The notes: generated by a model from the sequence alone, not told the origin. 64,000 nucleotides of DNA from Eledone cirrhosa (GCA_964016885.1 OZ024744.1:64108001-64172000); one strand, 5' to 3'. Counted from the stretch's first letter, positions 12,888 through 25,275 are shown. Numbers and translations are program-made.

Positions 12888-13053
12888 CCTCAGAGCGATT
12901 TCTTTTTGTCCATGACTACAAGCCAGATGTAAAGCAGTATCGTCACCCATGTTTGTAGCATTGATACGTGCTCCCCGTGCAATTAGCATATCCACTATAT
13001 TGAGGCGGCCCTCTTTTGCAGCCCAATGCAAAAGACTGAATCGGTGGTCATCT
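12888..13053 (-). CDS. ILK: ILK coding exon 2 (166 nt), ankyrin repeats
   Basis: TTCAG|A acceptor completes the Gly codon from exon 1. Encodes [55 protein letters not shown], then |GTAAAG donor. Confidence 0.96.
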
Positions 13054-13606
13054 CTGAAGTAAAAAATAAATAAATAAAATTTATTCCGCACAAAATTAAT
13101 CATATGAGTTTATCAAACAAACGTATCACACATAAATTCCTAAAAACTTAAACCAAAACTTCTTATTTTTATTCTAAAGAAAAAGGAAAAATCTGTACAG
13201 TGTTTTATACCATAAGTATCCTAGTTTATTGAGTAGGTACATCATATCACTAAGTGTCATTATAGGTGACAAAAAGAGTTGGTATTGGCAAGGGCACCCA
13301 GCTGTAAAACACTGCACCAAAAAATTCCTATCCAACCCATGCTAGCATGAAAAAATGGACATAAAAACGATGAAGATAATGATGTTTTGTATAATTTGCA
13401 CTGTATATCTTCCTTTCATTGTTTCAAGGGTAGATGTAATAATTCAATACAAGCAGTGGGACAATTCCCATCTAACCCATGTTAGTGTGGAAGATAGATG
13501 TGTTAAATGGCGGTGGCGACACACACTCACACACACATATATATATATATTTCGTTTCTGAATTTGTTTAGCAAGATTCTTTATCTGAAAACATGTGTTG
13601 AAACCG

Positions 13607-14059
13607 ATATTGTTATACTTTGGGAGGGTCATGTTGCCAATAAGAAACACACGCACCAGTTGCTTTCACTTCAATTTATTATATTAAATTTATAAATTTC
13701 CGGTTGGTTGGTTGGTTCCACAACCAGACGATTGTTCATATATTGTCAAAGTTCTTTCGTCACACATTCTATGACCTCTTCAGACACACACACAAAAACA
13801 AGATGGCGTAGAACAGAACAAAGGAGAGGCACAAAAACAAGGAAAAGAATCCCCAGTCTCTGAAGAGGTCACAGAATGTGTGACGAAAGAACTTTGACAA
13901 TATATGAACAATCGTCTGGTTGTGGAACCAACCAACCAACCGGAAATTTATAAATTCCTAAATTTATAAATTTATTATAAAATAAATTGAAGTGAAGTGA
14001 AAGCAACTGGTGCGTGTGTTTCTTATTAGCAACATGACCCTCCCAAAGTATAACAATAT
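13607..14059. mobile_element. Penelope-like inverted pLTR pair (fold-back)
   Basis: Arms 13607-13784 and 13859-14059 are near-identical inverted copies with a ~74-bp spacer. Each has CTGAAGA-G-GTCA(C/T)A...TGTGAC-GAAA at its inner end. Confidence 0.7.
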
Positions 14060-14180
14060 ATATATATATAGTAATAATAATAAATTTGAAGACTAAAATC
14101 CAAAGAGGGTTCGATAAGGATAAATATATATCAAATATATAAGAACCGTAGAGCAAATATTTATTAAAATAACAGATTAA

Positions 14181-14231
14181 AGTTTAAGCAAAGAATCACT
14201 GCTTTCACCCTTAACGGGATCTTCTGAAACT
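14181..14231 (-). ncRNA. Hammerhead-like ribozyme, CAGAAGA core variant (ILK sense strand)
   Basis: AGTTT-CAGAAGA-TCCC gttaa GGGT-GAA-AGCA...TGCT-T-AAACT. All three helices can form. Confidence 0.6.
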
Positions 14232-16034
14232 GACAAAGTCAATCTGTAAACCCAGAAGTGAATATTTCAAAAAACGTTGCAACCGGAGGAAGACGATACT
14301 TTGGTTCGTGGAAACGTTCCCTGGCAAAGAACGGGAGAAAACGAATATAATACGTCATTATTTGGAGCGGTGAAAAATATTACACGCAAAGACAGAACCA
14401 CGTTTATGGTATAAAAGAAGTCTTAGACTAATATTCTCTTAGGTGGTTCATAGAGACGTTCTCTGGCAACGAACGGAAAAAACGAAGATAATACGTCATA
14501 TGTGGAGCGTGGAGAACAATTGCACGCAAAGACAAAACCACATAAATGGTATAACTGAAGTCGTAGACTAAAATTCTAACTAGGAAACAGAATGATTCTC
14601 CGCTTCAGAGTTAAGAATAAAGTAAATAAAATACAGAGGTAATTGAAATTAAATAAATACATACACGCATCCAAATATGTCCATACACAAGCATACGTGA
14701 AAACACTCGCCATAGGTATACAAAGTCACGAACATATATCCGGGAAATGCCTCTCTAGTAACATTGTCTACAAATGTAAGGTTGAAACACCCACGTCCCG
14801 TAAGGCCTAGATAGGGTTAACCGCCAATAGATTCAAGCAGCGTCTTTACATGCATACCCATTCTTTTCGTTACCCTCTAAGAAGGAATATGACATCACTT
14901 TCAGCTTATATCTGGAGTCTAAAAGACAACCACACCCAATATAAGTTACACTGGGAGATCCTAGCTAGGGGTAGATCGTATAATGGAAATAAACAACCAT
15001 GTGACCTCTGCGCCGCTGAGGCCCTGGAAATACTCTACACCACAGACCACATCTTAAACCAAAAAATCTGAAGCAATTTCGGCTTGTAAACATAAATTGC
15101 ACAAAACTTTCTTGTATTACAGCCCCACATTATACCCTAACGGATAGTACGATCTATACGCGGATGTTTACGTCTTGATGTGGTAGCTAAGTATATGTTA
15201 TGTTTATACCATTACTTATTTGCATAGGTAAGTATATATTACCTGTACGTTTTGTGAAGGAACGTATACTTTCTCGTACGCATATTTGATTGTATATGTT
15301 ATGGCGTATATTTTATATATTCTGGTACATATGCTTTTGGTTATGTGTATATGGGAGTTTTGCGTCTGTGCGAGTATGCAGGTTCGTACGTATATAGGGT
15401 GTGTGTATATGTGCACTTTGTGTTTTGGTTGACGTACGTCTCCTAGCATTTGTGTATATAACATGTAGGTATGCGTGTGCGCTTGTTATATACATATTTA
15501 TTTATTTATATACGTTTATTTAATTATTTGTATACACGCACACACACATATTTATATGTGCGTGACTTTATATACCTATGGCGAGTGTTTTCACATATGC
15601 TCGTGTATGTACGTATTTGGATGCGTGTATGTATTTATTTTTTTCAATTACCTCTGTATTTTATTTACTTTATTCTTAACTCTGAATTTTAGTCTACGAC
15701 TTCAGTTATACCATTTATGTGGTTTAGTCTTTGCGTGCATTGTTCTCCACGCTCCACATGACGTATTATCTTCGTTTTTTCTGTTCATTGCCAGAGAACG
15801 TCTCTATGAACCACCTAAGAGAACATTAGTCTACGACTTCTTTTATACCATAAACGTGGTTCTGTCTTTGCGTGTAATTGTTTTTCACCACTCCAAATTA
15901 TGACGTATTATATTCATTTTCTCCCGTTTTTTGCCAGGGAACGTTTCCACGAACCAAAGTATCGTCTTCCTGTCTTACTCCAGTTGCAACGTTTTTTGAA
16001 ATATTCACTTCTGCGTTTACAGATTGACTTTGAC

Positions 16035-16085
16035 AGTTTCAGAAGATCCCGTTAAGGGTGAAAGCAGCGATTCTTTGCTTAAACT
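16035..16085 (+). ncRNA. Hammerhead-like ribozyme, CAGAAGA core variant
   Basis: Same type I topology as 14181-14231. Confidence 0.6.
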
Positions 16086-16149
16086 TTAATCTGTTATTTT
16101 AATAAATATATATATATATATATATAATTTCTATCAGTATATTCTATAT

Positions 16150-16590
16150 TTTTTACTTCTTCGAGCACTTATTCCTGAGAGGGTCGTGGGGGCAGAGTCC
16201 TCAAACACTCCTTCCAGCAGGTCCTGTCAGAAACAATTGTCTCTAATTAATCTGGTTGGATCCCCAAATGAGACCAGCCAAGCTCATGGATATTATCCAA
16301 CCATCTTGTTTGGAGTCTACTTCTGGGTTTCCTGCCAGTTGTTTTTGCTCATAAAATGTGTCCATTGATTATTTCCTGAGACATTCTAAGCACATGTCCA
16401 TAGTATTGAAGCTGTCATCTCTAAATTCTGAGAAGTAGTGGCACTACCTGGAGTGACACTCAGATCTCCGAGCTATGCGACTCTTTGGAAAAATCCCATT
16501 TTGGCCACTTGTATTCTTTTGGTCATTACCCAAGATTCGTGACCATAGGTAAAAGTTGGCATGAATACAAAATTGAGGATAGGGAGTGTG
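16150..16590 (-). mobile_element. RTE (Rex3/Expander-like) LINE 3' fragment
   Basis: Similar to 45066-45690, including the CCCTCTCAGGAATAAGTG...GAAG tail. Confidence 0.7.
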
Positions 16591-16663
16591 CCTTTTACAC
16601 CTACCTCCCTTCTTCAGATGACTGAGGGCTAAAGCTGCCACATTACAACAGCAGCTCCAGCAA

Positions 16664-16902
16664 TTCTTGAGCAAGACACTTTATTTCACATTGCTCCAGT
16701 TTACTCAGCTGTAGAAATGAGATGATAGGGACTGGGGTCCATATCATTCCACTGCAAAGTGGTCGTGGAGGTGCCACAGCAAAAAAGCACCCAGCCCTCA
16801 CTGTAAATGAGGTTGGTGTTAGGAAGGGCATCCAGTTGTAGAAATCAAGCCAGAATCAGTTCTCGTCCCACCCTTGCAAAATGATGATGATGATGATGAT
16901 GA
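16664..16902 (+). mobile_element. 5'-truncated CORE-type SINE with RTE-derived tail
   Basis: Reverse complement of most of 22315-22657, ending in (GAT)n. Confidence 0.8.
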
Positions 16903-16946
16903 TATGTGTGTGTGTCTGTGTACATATGTATACACACACATATATA

Positions 16947-16949
<3 letters not shown>

Positions 16950-17007
<58 letters not shown>
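16950..17007. repeat. (GA)n microsatellite
   Basis: Direct observation. Confidence 0.95.
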
Positions 17008-17009
<2 letters not shown>

Positions 17010-17664
17010 AAACATATCTTGTAGGTGTGTTTTAAGAATGTGAAGCAATAAAATAAAAAAGAGGAAATATATTACAGAAAGAATTTTTGTAATATTTCTT
17101 TAAGTATCTAATATTAAAGCAGGAAGTTATTTCCGTAGAATACGAGTCTTTCATTCTTTTAAAGAGGACACACACATAACATTTTAGGAATATCTATAAA
17201 TAAAATATTACTATACTGGAACTATGGTAAGAAAATGTAAAAAAAAATGTAAAATAAAGTCAAAAACTGAAAAATTAATCTGGTTTATAAAATTAATCTG
17301 GAATCGGCAACTTTTGATATCAACCCACCCCAAAACCCATCTGTTTCTATGAAACACATTAAAATCTTCCATCATATTGTTATTCTTTCTGAAGGTCATC
17401 AAGAATCTTCCAACATAATTTTATATGAAAACCTTTGATATAGTTATGTTTTAAATAATATCTTGATAATGAAATAATTAATCAATTTAGTAAATCCCTT
17501 CAAATTCTTTATTAATTAAATGAAATACATTGTATTTCATTAAAAATACGATCATGAAAGAGTTAAAATGATTTTATGTTAATGTGATATGAAAATTACC
17601 ATACAGAAACTCTTTATTATTGCAATGAGTTTCAATACACATGGCACTTTAACTCTATCTAGGT

Positions 17665-17926
17665 CAGTGGTCATCAAACTTTCAGACCTCACGGACCACT
17701 AAATTCATAATTTTAAATCCTGCGGACCACTAATATGAATTTTTTTAAAAAGATAAATACAGTTGTAAAATAATGATCAGAGAACTACCATTTTATTAAA
17801 CAATACTGAAGCGTACTTGTGTCACATTGTCTATGACCAATGTATATAGATCACAGGCACCCACATATACACACACACATATATATATATATATATGTAT
17901 ACAAACACACATTTATATATATACAT

Positions 17927-17966
<40 letters not shown>

Positions 17967-18223
17967 GCCTTCCAGTTTCATTTCACATTATATACATGTC
18001 TGTCTATATTTTAGTTATTTAAAAATTATTTTTAAGTGAACATGATTTAAAAATATATATTTTGAAGTGAACGTGACCCAACGGGTCCCGGGTGGTCTAG
18101 TAAAACATAAAAACGAAAATAATGTCCAAATTTTTCTGTGGACCAGCAACATTTTCTCTCAGACAACCAGTGGTCCATGGACCGACAACCAGTGGTCCAT
18201 GGACCATTGGTTGTTGACTGCTG
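17665..18223. mobile_element. hAT (Charlie-like) non-autonomous transposon
   Basis: TIRs CAGTGGTCATCAA / TTGTTGACTGCTG, 8-bp TSD ATCTAGGT/ATCTAGAT, subterminal GGACCA repeats. Confidence 0.8.
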
Positions 18224-18808
18224 ATCTAGATGTTTCAGATCAACAATAGATACAACAGGGTGGTATACATCAACGTTGTAGTAGTCGCAGTATTGAATGA
18301 ATAAATACGTTGTTAGCATGCTGTACTAACCTTTTGATTCGCGTATGTAAAAGAATTATAATTTCATTAAGATATTTGTTCTTATCATCATCATCATCAT
18401 CAACGTTTAACGTCCGTGTTCCACGCTTGCATGGGTTTGGACGGGGGTAGTCCCACTTGAGGCAAGAGTGATTGTCTTGCTCGCATAGGACTGTCTGGCA
18501 GGTTTTCTACAGTTGGATGCCCTTCCTAACACCAACCACATTTACAGTGTGGGTCTGGGAGGTTTTTACCGTGTTGCCTACACGGCCACATTACAGCGTG
18601 GACTGTGTGTTTTTTGTCGTGACACCTACACGATCTCATTTGTTTCGGCCTGGATGGCGCGGCACCAACATAACTTTACATAGAACGGGGTGGTGTGGAT
18701 GGGGTGGGGGTGGTGGCGGGACGGGGTGTAGTTTGTTAGAGATGCCTACTGGCAAGGCGGGTCTTCTCTGTTACTGAGTATAAAATTATATTGGAAGGTT
18801 TTGATTTA

Positions 18809-18990
18809 CAGGAGACCCAGAGCAAGATGGTTGGTTAACATCCATGAATTTGACTGGTCTCGCTTGGGGATCCAGCCAGGTCAATTGGAGACAGTTGCTT
18901 TTGACAGGATCCGCTGGAAGAAGTGTTTGAGGACTCTGCCTCCACAACCCTCTCAGGAATAAGTGGGCAAAGAGCAGAAGAAAGAGGAAG
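18809..18990 (+). mobile_element. Short RTE 3' insertion inside a family B MITE
   Basis: Flanked by the 13-bp direct repeat AGGTTTTGATTTA (18796 and 18991). GAAGAA-rich tail. Confidence 0.75.
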
Positions 18991-20801
18991 AGGTTTTGAT
19001 TTAAGCAAAATCCCTTTAAAATGGGTGGCTTTGTTTCATAAAACCAGAGTCAGTTCTCTGTGGGTTGATATCAAAAAGGTTAAAGCTAAACTCTTACCAT
19101 AAACAGAGTTTGGGAGAGATGGCCTTTAGCCAGATGACTTGACATAGAAACAAAATACAAAGGTGCCAAGTCTTCATAACCCAATGTGTATATGATTTAC
19201 ACATGTTTGTGCATCGTTTTGTTGGGTTTATTTTAAAATGTTTGGCTGTGGGCACACTGTGAATAAATGTGACATTCCACCAAATATTCTAGCAACCTTT
19301 CACTATATATCATCATCATCTCCGTTTAACGTCCATTTTCCCGTGTTAGCACGGGTTAGATGAGTTATCCTGTTGTAAGTAATGCTAGGTCCATGCTCAT
19401 ACAGAACCGATTTTGGCCTCTTTCTACAGCTGGATGTCCTTCCTCATTTACAGTGAGTACTGGGTGCTTTTTGCCGTGACACCTACACGACCACTTTACA
19501 GTGTGGGCTGGGCGCATTTGCCATACACAACCACTTTACAGTGTAGACTAGGTGCTTTTTGTCATGCCACCATCATGACCACTTTACAGTGTGGGCTGTG
19601 CGCTTTTTGTCGTGTCGCCATCAGGACCACTTTACAGATGATAAATGAAGATGAGTAATGATAACAAATGATAGTGATGGGGGAGCAGGAGGATGATGAA
19701 GTAACCTAGTTAGTTCTGGATGTTCCAAGTTGATTTGTATAATATGAATGTATACTTACTAAGAATAGAACTGTTTAACAGAGAAAACATATTGGTTTCT
19801 GATTTAAGCACAAGGCCAACAATGTTGGGGGAGAGGAAATTCGATTAAATCGAGCCCAGTACATTACAGGTACTTTATTTTATCAAACTCATAAGAATGA
19901 AAAGCAAAGCTAACCTCAGCAGGATTTGAACTCAGATCGTAAAGAGCCGTAAATCTATGCCATAAAGCATGTTGTCTGATGCTCTACCGATACTGTCAAT
20001 CTACTGCCCTAACAGAACAAAAACATTATTGATTAATTAGTAAAACATGGTCAATTAGTAAAAGGCTTATCGGAAGATGGTTGGTTAGTAGAATACAGAT
20101 GTAAGAGGCTTGAAAGATTAACTATTAGCATCCTGTATTGTATCAAACTACAAAACAGTACCATAACTACAATATACTTTTAGTTTTTTTTTAGTTTACT
20201 GTAAATTTTCACAACACTTTGTCCACTAGAAAAAGATACTATAAGCATTTGAAATAACAAACCTATTTTTTGTACATATTTCTATTAAATCGGTACAGGA
20301 TATTAAGGTTTAAATATTCAGTATTTGTATCACAAAGATTTCTTTCAATAGTCTTTGGAAACAACAGCATTATAAGTAGACATAAACATTCTACTTTCTT
20401 AAAACAGTTTCTAATGCCAACCCTAACAGATGTTTATTGAAAATTCTACTACTCTGCTAACCTTAAAAAAAAATACCCATAGTACTAGTCCTCACCCACA
20501 TACAGCATACCACTCCTCTCACTATATCTTTATATTATCTAAATATCAGTATTTTTAGAATACAACCCTATTTATAATATTTATTCACTACAATTCAGGT
20601 ACACCCCCTCCCAACTCTTTTGAAAAACAAAACAAAGAATGAAAATCATTTCTTTACATACGAGATGATTTATTTTATAAAACAATGTGTGTATCTGCTT
20701 CATCTATGTTTGTGTGAGAAGAAAAAATACTCAAAACATGAACTAGAGTTTGTTAGGTGGCTACATGAAATTGAGTAAGGGTTTCAAATATATATACATA
20801 T

Positions 20802-20844
<43 letters not shown>

Positions 20845-20860
<16 letters not shown>

Positions 20861-22243
20861 TGAAATTGTCTGTGTGTGTGTCCTAATTTTTGCAAAGTCT
20901 ATACAAATCCACATTTATACTCCGATTGACTTCAAACTTGCATTTATATATTCCTTGCAGTTTAAAGATATTAACTGCAGCTTTTATTTTTCAATTTTCT
21001 GTTGTTAAAGGGGTGTTAGGCACCGGTTATCGATCTCTCTGTCTTTTTAGATAGATACATAGCTATAACACCCTTATAATATCTGTCTGTATGTCTGGCT
21101 GTCAGCATTACGACATTATGACAAACATTGTTCTCATTGATGACATATTTTCCTCGCTATTTTCTGTTCATTGCCAGGGAACATCTTCACGAACCAAAGT
21201 ACCGTCTTCCTGTTTTCCTTCAAAATATTTACTTCTGCGTTCACAGATTGATTTTTTTAGTTTCAGAAGATCCCGTTAAGGGTGAAAGCACACGCTGTAA
21301 GCAATGTCAATGTTACTGCTGCTACATAGGACTCCCATTACCACTGAACTTTCACCTTTGCGTTCTGCATTTCCATCTGCAGGCCAACATGGAATGGTCT
21401 TCATTGGAGTCAGTTTATTGAGGGAGAAACAGAAGGGTCTCGAATTTGCCGCCCAAAAAACCCATTGACAATAACGAAAACCGCTAACATCAACGCAGAA
21501 TGATACATTGTAGGTCACTTTAACCCGTCTTTTATTAATCAAAAAACTTCTTGCCAATAAACATTAACCCTTTGTGTGCCATTCATCTAACTGTAGACCA
21601 ACAAATACCAACTAAACATAACGTTGACAAGAACGATGGCGAATGAATCTTCGAGGTAAGCAGTTTCCTCCCGAGCTGTTAGTTCACGCGGGATTCTCTG
21701 CTACACCTTTTCGTAATAATACCGAACAACGTACTGCTGGTCACTCCTTCCTCCAAAAGCCGTACAAAGCGGACATGTGCATCGAGCAGATGGATCGGAT
21801 GCAAATCTACACCAGGCCTATGCGAGAAATTCGCAAAGGACTGCACCAAGAGAGATAGAGAGAAAGAATAACTTAGTGGAAAGAGTGCGAATGAACTTTT
21901 GAGGTAAGTAGCCTATGCCTTACTGCTAGGACACTGGAACCTTCTGCCAACTTAACCTGTGACTTTCTCTTTCACATTTACTCCAATAGGTCAAAACAGA
22001 GTAGAAACAGGGAGACAACTGTCACAGAAGGAGTATGAAAAGAAGGGGCTCTACAATATTTCTATGAACAATGCACGTAGACAGCTAAACTGTACTTTCA
22101 ACTTCTTAATTTTCTCCAAATAAAACAAGTTTCCTGTCGGTATATTTTCGTGAGTTTTTAACAGGCTCTCACAAATAAACGTTTCTCATTGGAAGTGCTA
22201 TTACCAATGTTCTTACCCATCCAACGCCGGGATACACTGCTAG
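20845..22243 (+). mobile_element. Non-autonomous Helitron with heterogeneous cargo
   Basis: 5' (TA)nAAAACTGAAATTGTCTGTGTG and 3' CCCATCCAACGCCGGGATACACTGCTAG-T. Shares an internal module with 59733-60601 and carries a Penelope pLTR piece (about 21136-21290). Confidence 0.8.
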
Positions 22244-22314
22244 TATATATATACGTATTTATGTGTGTATATTTATATACGTTTATTTAATTATGTATAC
22301 ACACACACACACAC

Positions 22315-22657
22315 ATCATTTCATCATCATTTCATTTTACGTCCGCTTTTCCCTGCTTGCAAGGGTGGGATGGGAACTGATTCTGGCTTGATTTCTACAG
22401 CTGGATGCCCTTCCTAACACCAACCTCATTTACAGTGAGTGCTGGGTGCTTTTTTGCCGTGGCACCTCCACAACCAGTTTGCAGTGGAATGATATGGACC
22501 CCTGTCCCTATCATCTCATTTCTACAGCTGAGTAAACTGGAGCAATGTGAAATAAAGTGGCTTGCTCAAGGAAACAACACATCACCCGGTCTGAGAATTG
22601 AACTCACAACCTTTCGATTGCAAGGCCAATGCTCTAACCACTAAGCCATGTGCCTCC
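22315..22657 (-). mobile_element. Full-length tRNA-CORE SINE with RTE-derived 3' tail
   Basis: A box TGGCTTAGTGG, B box GAGTTCAATTC, CORE-like TCCTTGAGCAAGCCACTT, tail matching the RTE 3' UTR at 10910-11065, (GAT)n end. Confidence 0.85.
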
Positions 22658-22699
22658 ATACACATGTATATATTTTTTTATATATATTTTTATATATAT

Positions 22700-23375
22700 T
22701 TGGTGTATACGTTCGTATGTGTGCGGGTACAGGGGTTGCGTGGGTTCTGTATGTGCGTGCATGTGTTTTTTTTTGTTTTGTTTTTTTCTACGTGCTTGTA
22801 TTTGCATACCTATGGCGAGTGTTTTCGCGTATGCTTGTGTATGTACATATTTGGATGCGTGTATGTATTTAATTTCAATTACCTCTGTATTTTATTTACT
22901 TTATTCTTAACTCTGAAGCCGAGAATCATTCGGTTTCCTAAATAGAATTTTAGTCTACGACTTCAGTTTTACCATTTACGTGGTTTTGTCTTTGCATGTA
23001 ATTGTTCTCACCGCTCCACATATGACGTATTATCTTCGTTTTTTCTGTTCATTGCCAGAGAACGTCTCTATGAACCACCTAAGAGAATATTAGTCTACGA
23101 CTTCATTTATACCATAAACGTGGTTTTGTCTTTGCGTGTAATTGTTTTCACCGCACCAAATAATGACGTATTATCTTCGTTTTCTTTTTCCGTTCTTTGC
23201 CAGGGAACGTTTCCACGAACCAAAGTATCGTCTTCCTGTCTTCCTTCGGTTGCAACGTTTTTTGAAATATTTACTTCTGCATTCACAGATTGACTTTTTT
23301 AGTTTCAGAAGATCCCGTTAAGGGTGAAAGCAGCGATTCTTTGCTTAAACTTTAATCTGTTATTTTAATAAATAT
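22700..23375 (+). mobile_element. Solo Penelope-like pLTR (same family as 14157-16109)
   Basis: Near-identical to 15551-16109, with ~120-bp internal subrepeats. HHR-like motif at 23301-23351. Confidence 0.88.
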
Positions 23376-23616
23376 ATATATATATACATACATATATACA
23401 TACACATACACACACATATATAAATCAGTTCTGTATGAGCAAGACATGGTCATCAAACCTCGACTTGTCTCAAATAGGACAACCCGTCTAACCCATGCTA
23501 GCATGGAAAATGGACATTAAATGGTGATGATGATGATATATACATATACAAATGTCTGAGAGTGCTAGTCCTTACTTTATCATAGTCACCCCAACACACA
23601 GCTTCTGAGGGAGGAG

Positions 23617-23655
23617 GTGTGTGTGTGTGTGTGCATGTGTGCATGTATGTGTGTG

Positions 23656-23731
<76 letters not shown>
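23617..23731. repeat. (TG)n microsatellite
   Basis: Direct observation. Confidence 0.95.
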
Positions 23732-23732
<1 letters not shown>

Positions 23733-24885
23733 TGCAAAATAAGGGGTACACTGATTTCTGAAAATAAATAAGTGAGCTGGAGAGTAAAGCATGAATTGTT
23801 ATGGGAAAAGTAACTGGTAAAATGATGACAGGCAAGTTAAAAGGAGATGGTAGCTTTTAGGGTGTAAAGCTGTATTGGGCAAACTCTAGCCCGTTTAGCA
23901 TGCCTCATTTCAAAATTGCCTTGAATTTGTTTAATAGTGAAGCCAAAATTATGATGAACCACATCCTATATGATCCACCGCTCAAAAAAATTTTCCCATG
24001 CCTGGCGAAAAGATTAATTCCTGAGTTCAATTCACATATAGAATAATAGCCATACTTTTTTTTATGGCTTAACTAGAGTAAGACCACTGCCTTTAGTGTA
24101 GCTTCCATGACTAGTAGGAGGAAGGAGCAAAGTTTTTGTGGACATGACCGCAATATTTGCAACAGAATGAACTCTACTAAAGCTACTCAATGACCAGATT
24201 TTGGTGTTGAAACAAGGTAACAAATTAAGTTTACCATCCAAGCACAAAAACGATTCTTCTGCTGGGTTTCCAGAGTTTCTGTTTACCAAATTTCACTTGC
24301 AAGGTTTTTGTTTGATCCAAGGCTAGAAAAGATGTGCCATGCAATATGTTGAACTAAATTCTTGTTGGGCACCCTGCCCTCCCATATTGAGCAGAGGCAT
24401 ATATCTAATAGGCAACACCATCCTCTACCATCTCCCCTCCCTTTGCTGTAACCATCCCTCCCTATTACCTACGTCCTCAATTTCCCAACCTCCCTAGTTC
24501 CCATCCCACACCCTGAAGTGTCCCCGCTGGAGCTACAACAAAAGTGCCTAGTCCTCACTGTATAGTGGTCAAGCCAAAAGCGCCCAGTCCACACTGTTAT
24601 GTGGTCATGTAGGAGTCCCGACAAAAAGCACCCAGTACTCATTGTAAAGTGGTCGTATAGGTGACATCACAAAAAGCACCCAGCACTATGTGGTTGGCAT
24701 TAGGAAGGGCATCCAGGGGTAGAAACCAAGCCAAAATTTGCCTCGGGTGAGCAAAACACGGTCCTCTGACCTGATTCTCTCCCAAAGGGTCAGCCTGTCC
24801 TACCAATGCTAGCATGGAAAATGGACGTTAAATGATGATGATGATGCATCTTTCAGTTTCTATATTAATCATTTGTTTAGAAACT

Positions 24886-25275
24886 TGAAGCTGTAATAAT
24901 TGTTTCTAGTTTTGGCACAAGGTCAGCAAATATATCAGTGCATTACTGGTACTTTAATTTATCGACTCCGTAAGGACGAAAGGCAAAGTTAACCTCGGCA
25001 GGATTTGAACTTAGACCGTAAAGGGCCGTAACTCTATGCTGCACAACATGGCGTCTGACCATCTACTGATACTGCCAATACACTGCCCCTTGAAGCTGTA
25101 ATAATTGTTTCTACTTTAGGCACAAGGTCAGCAAGTATATCAGTGCATTACTGATACTTTATTTTATCAACCCTGTAAAGATGAAAGGCAAAGTTAACCT
25201 CGGCAGGATTTGAACTCAGATCGCTGACACAACCACTTTACGATTGCAAAGGGGTGCAACTCTATGCTGCAATAA
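24886..25275 (-). mobile_element. Two tandem tRNA-derived SINEs (Nin/Deu-like central domain)
   Basis: Each copy has ATTTGAACTCAG (B box, reverse) and GAAAGGCAAAGTTAACC. Both are preceded by TTGAAGCTGTAATAAT. Confidence 0.8.

Larger units (their letters stand above)
14157..16109 (+). mobile_element. Penelope-like element: inverted pLTR, GIY-YIG remnant, direct pLTR
   Basis: 14742-15120 encodes GKCLSSNIVYKC...(Y>*)IGLTANRFKQR..H..SF...TSLSAYIWSLK...WEIL...CDLC. 14157-14738 is the inverted copy of about 15551-16109. HHR-like motif at both outer ends. Confidence 0.9.

Noticed and set aside
22570-22657. tRNA gene (A/B boxes, TGC anticodon-like loop)
   Set aside because: The cloverleaf is incomplete and continues into the CORE domain and tail, so it is a SINE head. 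The same applies at 31737, 33652 and 49861.
23498-23835. His/Thr-repeat ORFs (likewise Tyr/Ile ORFs at 17827, 32717, 42639, 53021)
   Set aside because: Translations of CA/TA microsatellites.
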